DNA of 64,000 nucleotides from Octopus vulgaris (GCA_951406725.2 OX597835.1:13268001-13332000); one strand, 5' to 3'; shown: positions 1 to 12,863, counted from the first letter of the stretch. Translations and numbers: made by a program. The notes: generated by a model not told the origin, from the sequence alone.

Positions 1-264
1 CTCAAAGATGATCTTCATAATCTCGGATTCTTTGCGTGTCTGTGTTTGGAATTTCACAAACTTCGCTTCATTCCATTTTTATATCTGTTCCCTTTATGCT
101 GACACGAGTCGGGCAAGACATTTCGAGGCTGTACTTCATATGAGGTCAACGGAAACCTTTAGAATTCTTCAAGAATGGTTTCCTATCAGGTTCCAAGAGA
201 CATTTGCTAAAAATCAGCACCAACTTTAGTGAATGGAAGCAGATGGACATAGACTGGCTTGCAG
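1..264 (-). other. Candidate exon (probably 5'UTR) of a minus-strand gene running off the left edge
   Basis: Minus-strand acceptor tttttatttcctgtgctgacAG at 266-265, followed by unique non-repetitive sequence. It has no long ORF; an ATG at 18-16 opens MKIIFE... off the window edge. Confidence 0.3.
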
Positions 265-1151
265 CTGTCAGCACAGGAAATAAAAACTACCCTCCCATAA
301 TTTTTTTTTTTTTACTATTTTTGGCAGTTCTTCCAGAAAGGGGCAACAATAATAATGTCTTGCTACTCTGTTCTTTGGTGCTATAGTTAAGAGAATACAT
401 GTCTACGGAAGATTTTGCTCTTTTGAAGAGAATCTTTGCTTTGTTCCTTGTTTTGTGGGGTAGTTTGGTTTCCTTTTTTCTCTATCCATTTTTTCTTTCT
501 TTCTTTTTTTTTGCACACACACACACACACACACACATATATTTATCTTGGGGGAACCAAAATGATTCATGATATTCTTATATTTCATTTAAAGCACCAG
601 ATGGCAGCATTCCAATATTCTAAGGTTCTGTCAATTCCTTTCATTTCCATTCTATGCTATCCTCCACATTTACCTTGTTTCTTTGAAATATCTTCCATCT
701 TGCTTGTAGATAAATATTTTTCTTTTGTCCCTCATCTTTCAGACAGGAAATTAAGATCTTCAACAAATAGAATTCACCAAAATTCTATCAAAGGTTTTAA
801 CTTTGTTTTATTTTACATTTGTTTTTGGCCTTTTTTTAAAAAAAAAATCTTGCATTTTTGCTTTCTATAACATACATATATGTGTGTGTGTGTTTTTTTA
901 ACGTGTATATAGATATATATGTTTGTGCATGTGTGTATGTGTTTTAAATATGTGTGTGTATACATACATGTGTGTGTGTGTGTGTCTTTATGCAAATGCA
1001 TATTTTTATATATATATGTATATATGTAAATATAAATATATATGTGTGTATGTGTTTTTTTTTTGTCTGTCAGAGAAATGTTAGCATAAAGGAACTTAAA
1101 GTATATTTTGATGCCAAAAAATAATGAATAAATAAAGATAAAGGAATTGTA

Positions 1152-1180
1152 ATAACAACAACAACGACAACAACAACGAC

Positions 1181-1232
<52 letters not shown>

Positions 1233-1345
1233 GCTTTACTTGAATTTAAAATTTATGAAACCCAGATATTTAAATAAGATTTTTTTTTCTGTAAGCAGAT
1301 GATGAAATTAAATCAAAACTGTTTCTGAAAGACAACAGCAGCAGC

Positions 1346-1414
<69 letters not shown>

Positions 1415-1417
1415 AAT
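1152..1417. repeat. (AAC)n/(AAT)n and (CAA)n microsatellites
   Basis: Direct reading of triplet runs at about 1152-1230 and 1335-1417. Confidence 0.95.
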
Positions 1418-1710
1418 ATCTTTTATCATATTTGAGCAACTTTTGCTTTTTTCGAAAACAAAAAGTAGAAAAGAAAATATTGGACTTTTATCTTAAGTCT
1501 CTCGTCATTATCTATAAAATAATTGCTACATTTATTTCTGCTACATGGGCGCAGGCACGGCTGTGTGGTAAGGAGCTTGCTTCACAACCTCATTGCTTCT
1601 ACATTTAGTCCCACTAAACCTTTTGAAATAGGCTCAGGTTGACCAAAGCCTTGTGAGTGGATTTGGTTGTTGGAAACTGAAAGAAGCCCATCATACATAT
1701 ATATATATAT

Positions 1711-1910
1711 AGGGAGAGTTTACGAAAAAAATCAAAAGACGAAGACAGGTGGTGTACAAAACAAGCAGATGTATTAGTATAACGCTCAGGAATAGAAAAA
1801 GTCTTTTACGTTTCGAGCCTACGCTCTTCTACAGAAAGGGACACAAAAAAAACAAGGAGAGAAAAAATGTGTGTAGTGGCTAACGATCTATCATGGTGAC
1901 TGCCAGACCA
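1711..1910 (-). mobile_element. Penelope-like solo pseudo-LTR with a degenerate minimal hammerhead
   Basis: Minus strand 1837-1805 reads ttt CTGTAGA a gagc gtag gctc GAAA cg T A aaa. Same layout as 46735-46932 and flanked by (TA)n. Confidence 0.6.
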
Positions 1911-1949
1911 TATATATATACTAGTTATATATATATACATATATATATA

Positions 1950-2493
1950 CTAGTTTAAAAGCCACCCTCTGTGCGGACTTTTGGGTTAGCTCCTGTGGAT
2001 GGCTAATTGGGCCTGTGGCCCAAATCTAAGGAGAGCTAAATAGCATGTCTATGATACATCTATAATGACTATATGCCCCGGTGGTGTTTGATCTGAGGTT
2101 AAGGACAGATGAGAATTAATTCTGTAATGCAATCTTTCTATGGTTCCAGTCCCAAGTTGAATTCCAACTGTTGGTCAATTTGTCCAAAAGTTTTTATCTT
2201 GACATAAAATTAACGAAGCGAATATCATTTATCTCCCCCTTGATCTTTGACATCCTCTGACAAGGTCCAACCAAGGTGGCGTGAATCAGCCAAGCTTTAC
2301 CTGCTGGATGTAGCAACCCAAATGCTTTAAAATCCGATCCCAATGCTGGATGTTCAAGAACCAAATGAAGGGCAGATTCCCAATCCCAATCTCATCCTGA
2401 TTTCAAGAAGATAAATCATGCTGAGTAAATGTCAACTGAGATACAGAGGTCCCAGACGGACGGACAGACAGAATTCGCTTTTATTATTATAGA
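1950..2493 (-). mobile_element. Non-autonomous Helitron
   Basis: The reverse complement starts TCTATAATAATAAAAGCGAATTCTGTCTGTCCGTCC and ends with a subterminal hairpin plus CTAG. Inserted between A and T with no TSD. Confidence 0.8.
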
Positions 2494-2867
2494 TATACAT
2501 ATATTAATATGTGTATGTGTGCGTACTTGACAACCAATGTTGGTGTGTTTACATCCCCTTAACTTTGCAGTTTGGCAGAAAAGACTGATAGAATAAGTAC
2601 CAGGCCTTTGAAATACTAAGTCCTGGGGCCAACAAATTTTTGTTGTTTTTGTAAAATCTCAGAAAAAAAATTAAAAATTCACATTTTTTATCAAATTATT
2701 TTGCCCAGGAAATTTTTTATCAAATTATTTTGCCCCAGAAAATTCGGTGCCCCAGCATGGTCATGGTCAAATGACTGAAACAAGTGAAAGCTAAAAGATA
2801 CTTGCCTGATAATATGAAAGATAGTTTGTTTTTGCTTTTGGTTTGCTTTTTTCTTTTTGTGGTACCT

Positions 2868-3038
2868 AGTGATTAGGGTCTTATATTCACAATTGCGAGA
2901 TCATGGTTTCAATCCCTAGACCGGGTGGTGTGTTGTGTTCTTGAGCAAAACCCTTCATCTCACGTTGCTCTGCGATCACATTGAAACCTGATGCATGGTA
3001 CACTTGGGCACCTGTTCAGACAACATCGATTTGATGGG

Positions 3039-3071
<33 letters not shown>

Positions 3072-3165
3072 AATGTCCGGCACGAACATTTGATCACCAT
3101 AAACAAATCATTTGTCGTTTTGCAAAAGCTGAACGCTCATATGTCATCTTCAACGGGAGAGTCCA
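2868..3165 (+). mobile_element. Diverged family D-related tRNA SINE
   Basis: tRNA-like head (agtgattagggtc...ggtttcaatccctagaccggg) followed by tgtgttcttgagcaaaac. Confidence 0.6.
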
Positions 3166-3289
3166 TTATGTTATACAAAATTGATAACATATATCATCAT
3201 CATCATCATCATCATCATTGACATGTACAACAACAACAACAACAGCAGCAACTTCTGCATCATACTTGGCATTATATCTAAATCCCAAG

Positions 3290-3730
3290 TCTTCTCTCTT
3301 TCTCTCTCCCCACTCTCCTCCCCATCTCTCATCCTCCTCCTACACCTCACCGTCTTCCCACCCTCTCTCCTCCATGTTCCTTCTTCCCACTCCTGCATCT
3401 CACCTCTTCCTTCCCACTTTCTTCCACTTCTCTCCCTTCCCCTCTCTCTTCTCCCTCAACTCCCACCTCTCCTCTTCCTCTCTCTCTCCCCTCTTCCTCC
3501 TCCCACTGCCCTCTCCTCTATAATATTTTCATGACTCCCCTAACATGCATATAATTGCACCTCCACCCTCCATTCTCTCCATTTTCCTCAACCTTTCTTC
3601 CTCCTGCAGAAAACCTTCTGGCTGTTTCTAAACCATCTCCCCTCTCTCTCTCTATCTTTCACTCTCTCTCTCTCCCTCCCACTCCAACACCTTCATGCCA
3701 CTCCTTCAAGATTCCCCATCACCCCTCATC
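3290..3730. repeat. Polypyrimidine (CT-rich) low-complexity tract
   Basis: Strong C/T strand bias with (CT)n runs. Confidence 0.85.
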
Positions 3731-4366
3731 TTCTCCATGTCAAAGGTCAACCGAGAGAAAAAAAAAAACCAGCAAGAGTTTTGTACTTACTGATGTTCCA
3801 ATTACCATCAGTTACCATGGCAATTTATTCCCAATAGTTTCAGATCCTCCTTTCATCAAAGGCCCCCCCCTCCTGCACCTACTACTCCTGTCCCTCCCTT
3901 ATGCTTTCATTATAATTATTGAACAAAGAAGGGGTCATCTTGTCCTAAACATTTCATTGATCTCCAATTCAGTATAGTTCCACTGCACACCATGTATTTT
4001 TCCTTCTGTATTCTTTCCAAGGCCCTTCCTTTGCTGTTAATATTGACCCCACAACCGCCACCACCAACCACCACCACCGCCACCACCAACCACCACCCCT
4101 CTAGCTGGTTATAAGTACCTGATGTTATCTGGGATTCACTGTTGTTCTTGGCTCAAAAAGACATAACCCTTATCTACTTAATTCACCTAAATAAAAAAAA
4201 CACATTTGAAAGGATATTTATGTGGTGCTTGGATATGCTAGAAATAGTAGCCAATCCCTTTGAAATCACACCCTACTATCTAAAAGAAAAAAAAAACCCT
4301 CCACAAGATGGATATGAGGTCACTACATTTCAATGTGGTTTGTAGTCATGTGATGAGCTTAATGTA

Positions 4367-4735
4367 AGTGGTTAGGGCAGCGGACTCGCGGTCATAGGAT
4401 CGCGGTTTCGATTCCCAGACCGGGCGTTGTGAGTGTTTATTGAGCGAAAACACCTAAAGCTCCACGAGACTCCGGCAGGGGATGGTGGTGATCCCTGCTG
4501 TACTCTTTCACCACAACTTTCTCTCACTCTTACTTCCTGTTTCTGTTGTACCTGTATTTCAAAGGGCCGGCCTTGTCACTCTCTGTGTCACGCTGAATAT
4601 CCCCGAGAACTACGTTAAGGGTACACGTGTCTGTGGAGTGCTCAGCCACTTACACGTTAATTTCACGAGCAGGCTGTTCCGTTGATTGGGATCAACCGGA
4701 ACCCTCATCGTCGTAACCGATTGAGTGCTTCCACT
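4367..4735 (+). mobile_element. Family D tRNA-derived SINE
   Basis: agtggttagggcagcggactcgcggtcataggatcgcggtttcgattcccagaccggg (A/B-box-like head). Near-identical to 17400-17776 and 50990-51379. Confidence 0.9.
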
Positions 4736-5003
4736 CCACCCATAAGTGGATGATTAGTTTCCTTCGATACTAATTTGTTTCTCTAAGACTGAGTTTGGGT
4801 CTTAGTGCCATTGAGTAACCCCACCAAGCCACTCAAAGTTTATCGGGAGTGGGTTTGATTGAGTGAAACTGAAAGAAGCTTGACATCATCATCGTTATCG
4901 TCATTTAATGTCTGTTTTCCATTCTGGGATGGGTTGAATGGTTTGAGAGGAACCAACAAACCAGGAGACTACATCAAGCTGCTGGACATATCCTTCTCTA
5001 CAT

Positions 5004-5047
<44 letters not shown>

Positions 5048-5050
<3 letters not shown>

Positions 5051-5285
5051 TCATCATCATCATCATCGTTTAACGTCCGTTTTCCACGCTAGCACGGGTT
5101 GGACGGTTCGACCGGGGTCTGGGAAGCGAGGAGGCTGCCCCAGGCTCCAGTCTGATCTGGCAGTGTTTCTACAGCTGGATGCCCTTCCTAACGCCAACCA
5201 CTCCGCGAGTGTAGTGGGTGCTTTTTACGTGCCACCTGCACAGGTGCCAGGGAAGTCTGGCAGTGGCCACGATCGGTCGGTGCTT
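5048..5285 (-). mobile_element. Family C RTE-tailed SINE-like element
   Basis: Reverse complement of ...ttggcgttaggaagggcatccagctgtagaaac...ccaacccgtgctagcgtggaaaacggacgttaaac(gat)n. Confidence 0.85.
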
Positions 5286-5444
5286 AAATCTGGATATATG
5301 AAACGATCGTAGTGTTATACTAATTATCTTTTTTAATAATTTTGATATATATTTAAATAATATAAATTAAATAATCTTATGTATTGGCTTAAGTTTTTCA
5401 TTGTATGATTTGCCTAATAGTGGTTTTACTCTAATTTAATATAA

Positions 5445-5477
<33 letters not shown>

Positions 5478-5559
5478 GCATGTCTGCAATCCACAACAGA
5501 AGTGTTATATAAAGCACTCATGGTGTTACTATGTAAAAGCGCCCATGCAATGCCACGTA

Positions 5560-5832
5560 AAAGTGCCCGTGTGGTGCTGTGCCGCATAAAAGCGCCTGTG
5601 CAGTGCCACATAAAATTGCCCATGGACTGTCACATAAAAGCATCCAGCACACTCTGTAAAGTGGTTGGCATGTTAGGAAGGGCATCCAGCCATAGAAACC
5701 ATACCAAAACAGACTGGAACCTGGTGCAGCTCCCACTACCACCACCACCACCAGCTTGCCAGCTCTGGTCAGACTGTTCAACCCATGCCAGCATGGACAA
5801 GTGACATTGAATAATGATGAGGATGACGATGA
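5560..5832 (+). mobile_element. Family C-related element with upstream gccacataaaag repeats
   Basis: ttaggaagggcatccagcc...aacccatgccagcatggac followed by a (gat)n tail. Confidence 0.75.
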
Positions 5833-5853
5833 TTTACTCAGTCATTCACTCAC

Positions 5854-7650
5854 CAGGGCACCTGCTTTTCTAACTGGAGGACCCCTGTTCCAACTACACC
5901 CAGTTCCATCTGCTTGGTGCTGGTTGATTTCATTAAGATTTCATGTTTTCACCAAGACTCCTCCATGTCCAACTTTGGTTGGTTTCCCTCTCAGACTCGT
6001 TCTTATAATTTCTAATACAGTCTCCAATAAACATCTCAGCAGTTGAATCATAAATGTTGAAATCCACGTCATAATATCGTTTGTCCGATCACATTTCTGT
6101 ATTCATAGTAAACCACTTGTTTGTTTTTACCAATTCCGAAACATTGAAGAACACAAGAAAAATAAACAAATACAATAAATAAAGAGAAAATAAATAAAAT
6201 AAATGTAGGAATTATAAAAAAAAAATGTAGTTAAATAATTCCCCATAGAAAGAAGAAATCTCTTCATATTTTCTTTTGTCATCCACCGGAATCAAATTTT
6301 CTGTCATCATCAACCGGAACCCAATTTTCTGTCATCAACAGGAACTGTCTTTTTCTATCATCAACAGGAACCATATTCTCTGAACTGATATCAACAACAC
6401 TGCTTGTTCCTCGGCTGTGTTTATAGTTCTCTGTTTGTTTGATGTTATAACTAAATGTCATCGGCGCAAATTTTTGATCAGTTTTGAACTCAAGAACAGA
6501 CAGAACAAGGGAACGGAAAGACGAGGGAGGAGGGAAGCAAGACGTGATTCAGATTCCATTTTGGCTTTTTTTTGTTTTTTTTTCCTTTCAGAGTTCACAC
6601 CAAAAAAAACGGAAAAAGAAAGAAAAAGAAAACAAATAAATAACATAACAGAAACCAAAAATGAACAAGACAAAAAAAAAAATTAATTAAAATTTTTTTT
6701 CATTTCTGGAAATTTTGGCAACAAAATCAATAAATTTGTTGTGGGGAATGGACAGTTGAATGTAGAGTTGAATGTTGTCTTTTAAAATTACATTTAATTC
6801 TCTGCTTCCACAAAAAAAGACATTTCATGAAAATAAATGCATTCGGACAGAGAATAGTTAACATCCACATTGACTAAGGTTTGTTTGGGTTAAACAAGGG
6901 CAAGAAACAGTGGAAAATATTTAACAATTTCTATTGTTTCAAGAACAATGCTGAACAATTCTCAGAAAATTCTCTAAGATTTCTTCAGTTTTTTTTTTTC
7001 GTCTTCTTCATTTTTTTTCCTTCTTTCTTTTTTGTTGTTGTTGTTGTTATTGTTGTTGTATTTAATGCTGTTTTATTTCTCTGAAATTGGCTCTTTTTGT
7101 TTAAATTGTTTGTTTGTTTAGTGTTCGTTAATGTTTGATAAAACACGAAGTTATTGGTGTTTACGGAACACACTAACCTCCGCTACTCAGAAGTGCAATG
7201 TGAAAAGAGAGTTTTGTTCGAGCTTGGCTGTTAATTAAATCAAATTTTGCTGTTATTTGCAAAAAAAAAAAAACCCCCCAAAAAAATAAAACCCCCCCAA
7301 AAAAACCAAAAAAAAAACCCAAAAAAAACCAACACTGCAATATTGACTGGGAGCTTTGAGCTAGCTTCAGCAGCAGACAAAATATCCAAATAACAGAACA
7401 CAACATCGCTTAAACCTTTCCATCTCATTCAATATTTTGTCATATAATTTGCTACAAATTCTGGGAAGAAGCTGCAGAGGAGTAAAGACATTGCATGGAA
7501 GAGCAAAGCAAAGCAAAGCAAAGCAGCTGAAATTTCATATACTCTGCTGTTCCATGTATGGGTGTTACTGCCTTGATTTACTTTTTCAAGCCCAAATTTA
7601 TTTGCCAATCATTTATGCGTGTGTGTGTTCCCCGTTTTGTGTGGCTGTCA
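5854..7650 (-). other. Transposon-free unique block; candidate first/5'UTR exon and promoter of a minus-strand gene
   Basis: About 1.8 kb without recognisable TEs, bounded by a strong minus-strand donor CTG|GTGAGT at 5854/5853. A short ORF MKSTSTKQMELGVVGTGVLQLEKQVP (ATG 5933) runs into the donor. The upstream boundary is a guess. Confidence 0.35.
6276..6372. repeat. Degenerate ~26-bp minisatellite, 4 copies
   Basis: Unit approximately ttttctgtcatcaacaggaac. Confidence 0.8.
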
Positions 7651-7907
7651 TTTCTAGGTCAGTCCTGATCAAACATACCTGTGATTAATGCTGTTCCAAC
7701 TACAGGTGTGCATGTGCATGCATTATATGTACATCACCACCACCACCACTTAGACATATATTAAGGTCCTTTAAAAAGAGTACGCACATTATTAACCTGT
7801 GTATATTGTATGCTTTTGGAGTTGGTTTGTGAGAAATATATTCCTCACCTGCAAAGTTCAGGGATTTTTTATACTCTCCACTGATACGACTTCTAAATAC
7901 TGTATAT

Positions 7908-7908
<1 letters not shown>

Positions 7909-7938
<30 letters not shown>

Positions 7939-8011
7939 GTCTTCATCATCGTCTTCATCATCCTCATCATCATCATCGTCATCATCATCCTCATCATCAT
8001 CATCATCATCG

Positions 8012-8061
<50 letters not shown>

Positions 8062-8068
8062 GTCATTG

Positions 8069-8103
<35 letters not shown>

Positions 8104-8170
8104 GTCATCATCATCATCATCATCATCGTCATCATCGTCATCATCATCATCATCATCATCATCGTCATTG

Positions 8171-8205
<35 letters not shown>

Positions 8206-8206
8206 G

Positions 8207-8238
<32 letters not shown>

Positions 8239-8485
8239 GTCATCATCGTCATCATCATCATCATCATCATCATCGTCATTGTCATCATCATCATCATCAT
8301 CATCATCGTCATCATCATCATCATCATCATCATCGTCGTCATCATCATCATCATCATCATCGTCGTCATCGTCATCATCATCATCATCGTCGTCATCGTC
8401 ATCATCATCATCATCATCGTCGTCATCGTCATCATCATCATCATCATCGTCATCATCATCATCATCATCATCATCATCGTCATTG

Positions 8486-8520
<35 letters not shown>

Positions 8521-8548
8521 GTCATCATCATCATCATCATCGTCATTG

Positions 8549-8583
<35 letters not shown>

Positions 8584-8811
8584 GTCGTCATCGTCATCAT
8601 CATCATCATCATCGTCATCATCATCATCATCATCATCATCATCGTCATTGTCATCATCATCATCATCATCGTCATCATCGTCATCATCATCATCATCATC
8701 ATCATCGTCGTCATTGTCATCATCATCATCATCATCATCGTCGTCATCGTCATCATCATCATCATCATCGTCGTCATCGTCATCATCATCATCATCATCA
8801 TCTTCATCATC
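7909..8811. repeat. ~900-bp (CAT)n/(CGT)n trinucleotide expansion
   Basis: Direct reading; it abuts the tail of a minus-strand family C-like element. Confidence 0.97.
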
Positions 8812-9222
8812 AGTGTTTCAACGTTCATTTTTCCATACCTGCATAGGTTTAGACGGAGTGTATTGAGCCAGATTTACTCTGTCTAAACTAGAATGCCCTT
8901 CATGTCGCCAACCCTCGTCAAGGTAATATTTTCCCCACAGCCAGATATGTTCTCAGAGAATACTGGAAACAAACAACACTGCTTGTACGACAGTGATGCT
9001 CATCTACAACTATCGTGCAGTGTAAAGACAAGACAACGCAAGCACACGCACACAGTGGGCTTCAACATAGTTTCCATCTACCAGATTCACTCACAAAAAT
9101 TTTTGTTTGGCCTGGAGCTGAGCTGTTGCAGAAAGACACTTGCCCAAGGTGCTGTGCAGTGGGGCTGAACCCAAAACAATGTGGCTGGGAAGCAAACTTC
9201 TTAACCACACAGCCACATAGGC
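8812..9222 (-). mobile_element. Family C-like tail element plus a family A SINE head
   Basis: aacgttcatttttccatacctgcataggtttagacgg...aatgcccttc (8820-8900); agacacttgcccaaggtg...accacacagcc (9135-9215). Confidence 0.7.
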
Positions 9223-9659
9223 ATGTGTATACACACACACACACACACACACACTTTCTTCCCACCCCTCTCTCTCTCTCCCTCCATACACATACACGCA
9301 TGCGATCCTTAATTTTCTCATTTAGTAATTCCTGTTTCATATCACTGACTTTATACACCAATGTTTTGTCTGTCTCTCGTTCCTATTACCATTTCTGAAG
9401 ATATATTCATGTGTGTGTGTGTGTGTGTAGAAATATGTCTCTACACAAGGGATATATCCATTGCTACACACACAGACACACACACACACATATGCTCTAT
9501 TATTGTCTTTTGTATAAATGTAAATTACATGTATATTGTACAAGTACTATATCTTTGCGATTGTGTGTAGGTGAGGCCTGTATGTAATGTATTATTACAT
9601 CACCTATATGTAATGTATTATAGGCATTCACAAGAAAATATCCGTCCCTCCTTCTCTCC

Positions 9660-9980
9660 TTGTCTATACATATATACTCATGCACACACATATATATGCA
9701 CACACACACATGCACATATCTATTGCATACACACACACACTCTCACACACACACACACACACACTCACACACACACACACACATATATATATACACACAC
9801 ATACTTGCACATATCTATTGCACACACACATATATATACACACACACACACACACATGCACATATCTATTGCACACACACACTCACACACACACACATAT
9901 ATATATACACGCACACACATGCACACATCTATTGCACACACACTCACACACACACACATACACACACACACTCACACACG
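9660..9980. repeat. Compound (CA)n minisatellite with recurring tgcacatatctattgcacaca unit
   Basis: Four copies of the unit embedded in CA/TA runs. Confidence 0.9.
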
Positions 9981-10555
9981 TTTGAAAGCAGTTTTGAAGT
10001 CACTGTGAAATTAAACTAACATGCAACATTAGTTTCTTTCTGGCTTACATCGTCATCTTATATCTACATTTTCATTCATCCATTCCTTCATTCCTTCCTT
10101 CCTCCTTCCTTCTTCCTCCCCTCCATTCATTCATTCATTTATTATTATCATTATTATTATTATTAGTTTCATCATCATCATCATCATCGTCCAGTTCATT
10201 TACGCCTTACTCTGCAGGTTTCGCTAACTGCAAACATTACATTACGCCGTGTGCTTATTTCCCATCTGTCCATAAATATCGTCGACGAGTCGTATGCGAG
10301 ACGGGCGTATTATTAATGGATACACTTTTATTCGGCAATATTACTTTACAGTCCTATTTATTAATATCGTGGCTTATCTTGGAGTGGCTTATGTTCGGAA
10401 CTAGAAATATCACAGAGCTAATGCTTGCCATTGTTTCTTACCAGATATGTATTTGTGTGTGTATATATATATAGATATATATACACGCACACACATATAT
10501 ATATATATGCATATATATGTATACACACAAACACACACATATATATGTATATATA

Positions 10556-10922
10556 TCATCATCATCATCATCACCATCATCATAATCATCATCATTTAAC
10601 GTCCGCTTCCCATGCTAGCATGGGTTGGACGGTTTGACTGAGGACTGGCGAGCCAGATGGCTGCACTAGGCTCCAATATGATCCGGTAGAGTTTCTACTG
10701 CTGGATGCCCTTCCTAATGCCAACCACTCCAAGAGTGTAGTGGGTGCTTTTACGTGCCACCGGCATGAGGGCCTGTCTGACGTTACTGGCAACGGCCACG
10801 CTCAAATGGTGCTTTTTACGTGCCACCTGCACAGAAGTCAGTCCAGCGGCATTGGCAACGACTTCACTCGAATGTTTTGCCCACATGCCAGTAAAGCAAT
10901 GAATGGTACTTTTTATGTGCCA
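10556..10922 (-). mobile_element. Family C SINE-like element
   Basis: (cat)n tttaacgtccgcttcccatgctagcatgggttggacgg...ggatgcccttcctaatgccaacc. Confidence 0.85.
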
Positions 10923-10924
10923 CC

Positions 10925-11220
10925 AAAATCCGTTCTGTCTATGTGTGTGTCTTCTAGGATCTCGGGTATCCTCTATCCGATTGTGCTCAAATTTGATTTG
11001 TAGATACCGACGGTATCAGGGCATGTATAAGTCTTGAAAAAATTACAAAAGACGATTCCAGGTGAGAATGCAATCAATAAAGCCGTGAGGATGTGCATTT
11101 GTATGTGGAAGTACATGCGAGAAAAATGCACGTGCCTATGGGATGGTCGGACAAGTTGTTTTTAGAAAATTTGGTTTGACAACTCAGCACCGTCCATTGG
11201 ACAGCGGGCGTTTTGCTCGT
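10925..11220 (+). mobile_element. Probable non-autonomous Helitron (degenerate)
   Basis: 5' part tctgtctatgtgtgtgtc...atctcgggtatcc...ccgattgtgctcaaattt. The 3' end gtccattggacagcgggcgttttgCTCGt resembles the Helitron hairpin plus CTAG. Confidence 0.45.
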
Positions 11221-11229
11221 ATGTGTATG

Positions 11230-11262
<33 letters not shown>

Positions 11263-11305
11263 ATGTATGTATGTGTATATATATATGTGTATTTATATAT
11301 ATATA

Positions 11306-11357
<52 letters not shown>

Positions 11358-11414
11358 AGCTTGCCGCCATTTGATGATGATAATATTAATATGTATATAT
11401 ATACACACACATCG

Positions 11415-11446
<32 letters not shown>

Positions 11447-12169
11447 GCCACCCGCACTGGTGCCAGACAGAGCTGGCAAACGGCCACGAACGGATGGTGC
11501 TTTTTATGTGCCACCAGGCGAGGCTGGCAACGGACACGAAACGGGGCGGTGCTGGCAACGGTCGCGAAACGGAAAGTTCTCTTACATGCCACCGGCACTG
11601 GTAACACATCTGCAATTTCCATTGATCGATTTCCATTGATCGATTTCGATACACACACATCTATATATATATACATATATATAATTTTTTATATATATAT
11701 ATACACATCAATATATATGCATATATACATACATATATAAGAGGGTATTGTACTTTGCTTGGAGCATTATGTATTGTTTGTAAAGAATGAAGTGTTTTGA
11801 ATGGCACAACAATGCACTATAATAACAACAACAATGGACTAAAATAAGAACTTTTGTAATTGAATCATCCACAGTCTGATATAATATTTTGGAATATAAA
11901 AATTCCTTCTTCGGATATCCCTAGGAATTGATCCAGTTATTGCTATAATCGATTTTCCAACGGATTTTTTTCTTTTTTCCTGGAAGCATCTCTGCAGTGG
12001 CCTCATGAAGCTCCTTCCAGAATTCCTCACGAGAAGTGCATGAGGGCGGCCATGTCCCAAGCTCATGTGTGCTGGCACATCCATAGCGGTGCTTCCAAGT
12101 TATTTACTATTCAGTTACTATGCAGTTTCCATTTTCCTCTCCTTCCTTTTTTTTTTTTATAAATAATAT

Positions 12170-12362
12170 ATGCAGGTGGCACGTAAAAAGCACCCACTAC
12201 ACTCACGGAGTGGTTGGCATTAGGAAGGGCATCCAGCTGTAGAAACACTGCCAGATCAGGCTGGAGCCTGGTGCAGCCTTCTGACTTCCCAGATCCCCGG
12301 TCGAACCGTACAACCCATGCTAGCATGGAGAACAGACGTTAAACGATGATGATGATGATGAC
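12170..12362 (+). mobile_element. Family C SINE-like element
   Basis: ggcacgtaaaaagcacccactacac...gttaaac(gat)n. Confidence 0.88.
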
Positions 12363-12699
12363 ATGAGCGTGTTATCAAAAATGAACTTACATGCATCCAG
12401 ACGTAGCTAAATAATATATTGACTGCCAACCTCCAGCCCTTTGTTAATTTGGGGCCCTGGTCTGTGTATGAGTATAGCTTCCTTAATTCTTAGATTACCC
12501 AAATTTCTTTCATTGACCTCAATTATGACTGTTATGCTTTTGTCGGCGTTCTGGCATCTGGCATCAAATGGTAAAACAGGTCAGTTTATCTCAAATTCTT
12601 TGTAAACTCCTAAATATATCTCCTTCTGTATGTATATATATATATATACCACCAAAATATAACCTTTTTTAACTTATAATTTTTTGTGTATATATATAC

Positions 12700-12863
12700 A
12701 GGCGCAGGAGTGGCTGTGTGGTAAGTAGCTTGCTTACAAACCACATGGTTCCAGGTTCAGTCCCACTGCGTGGCACCTTGGGCAAGTGTCTTCTACTATA
12801 GCCTCGGGCCGACCAAATCCCTGTCAGTGGTTTTGGTAGACGGAAACTGAAAGAAGCCCATCG

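Larger units (their letters stand above)
1547..2800 (+). mobile_element. Family A tRNA-derived SINE (CORE-like) split by two nested insertions
   Basis: Head ggcgcaggcacggctgtgtggtaag...ggaaactgaaagaagccc at 1547-1690. The second half (cttgacaacc...gatagaataagtacc...cagcatgg...aatgactgaaacaag) resumes at about 2525-2800. Confidence 0.85.

Noticed and set aside
4367-4430. tRNA-like sequence (also at 17400, 28385, 51310)
   Set aside because: These are SINE heads continuing into a shared body and tail; there is no complete cloverleaf.
6279-6461. ORF with repeated VPVDDRK, suggestive of a neuropeptide precursor
   Set aside because: The DNA repeats are not frame-preserving, and there is no signal peptide or consistent dibasic/amidation pattern.
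7893-8866. 311-aa poly-Met and 266-aa poly-Ser ORFs
   Set aside because: Translations of the (CAT)n microsatellite.
11921-12103. 60-codon minus-strand frame (TWKHRYGC...REEFWKELHEATAEMLPG...) that looks protein-like
   Set aside because: Bounded by stops, with no convincing splice sites and no recognised family. It could be a TE relic, but I cannot support that without BLASTX.
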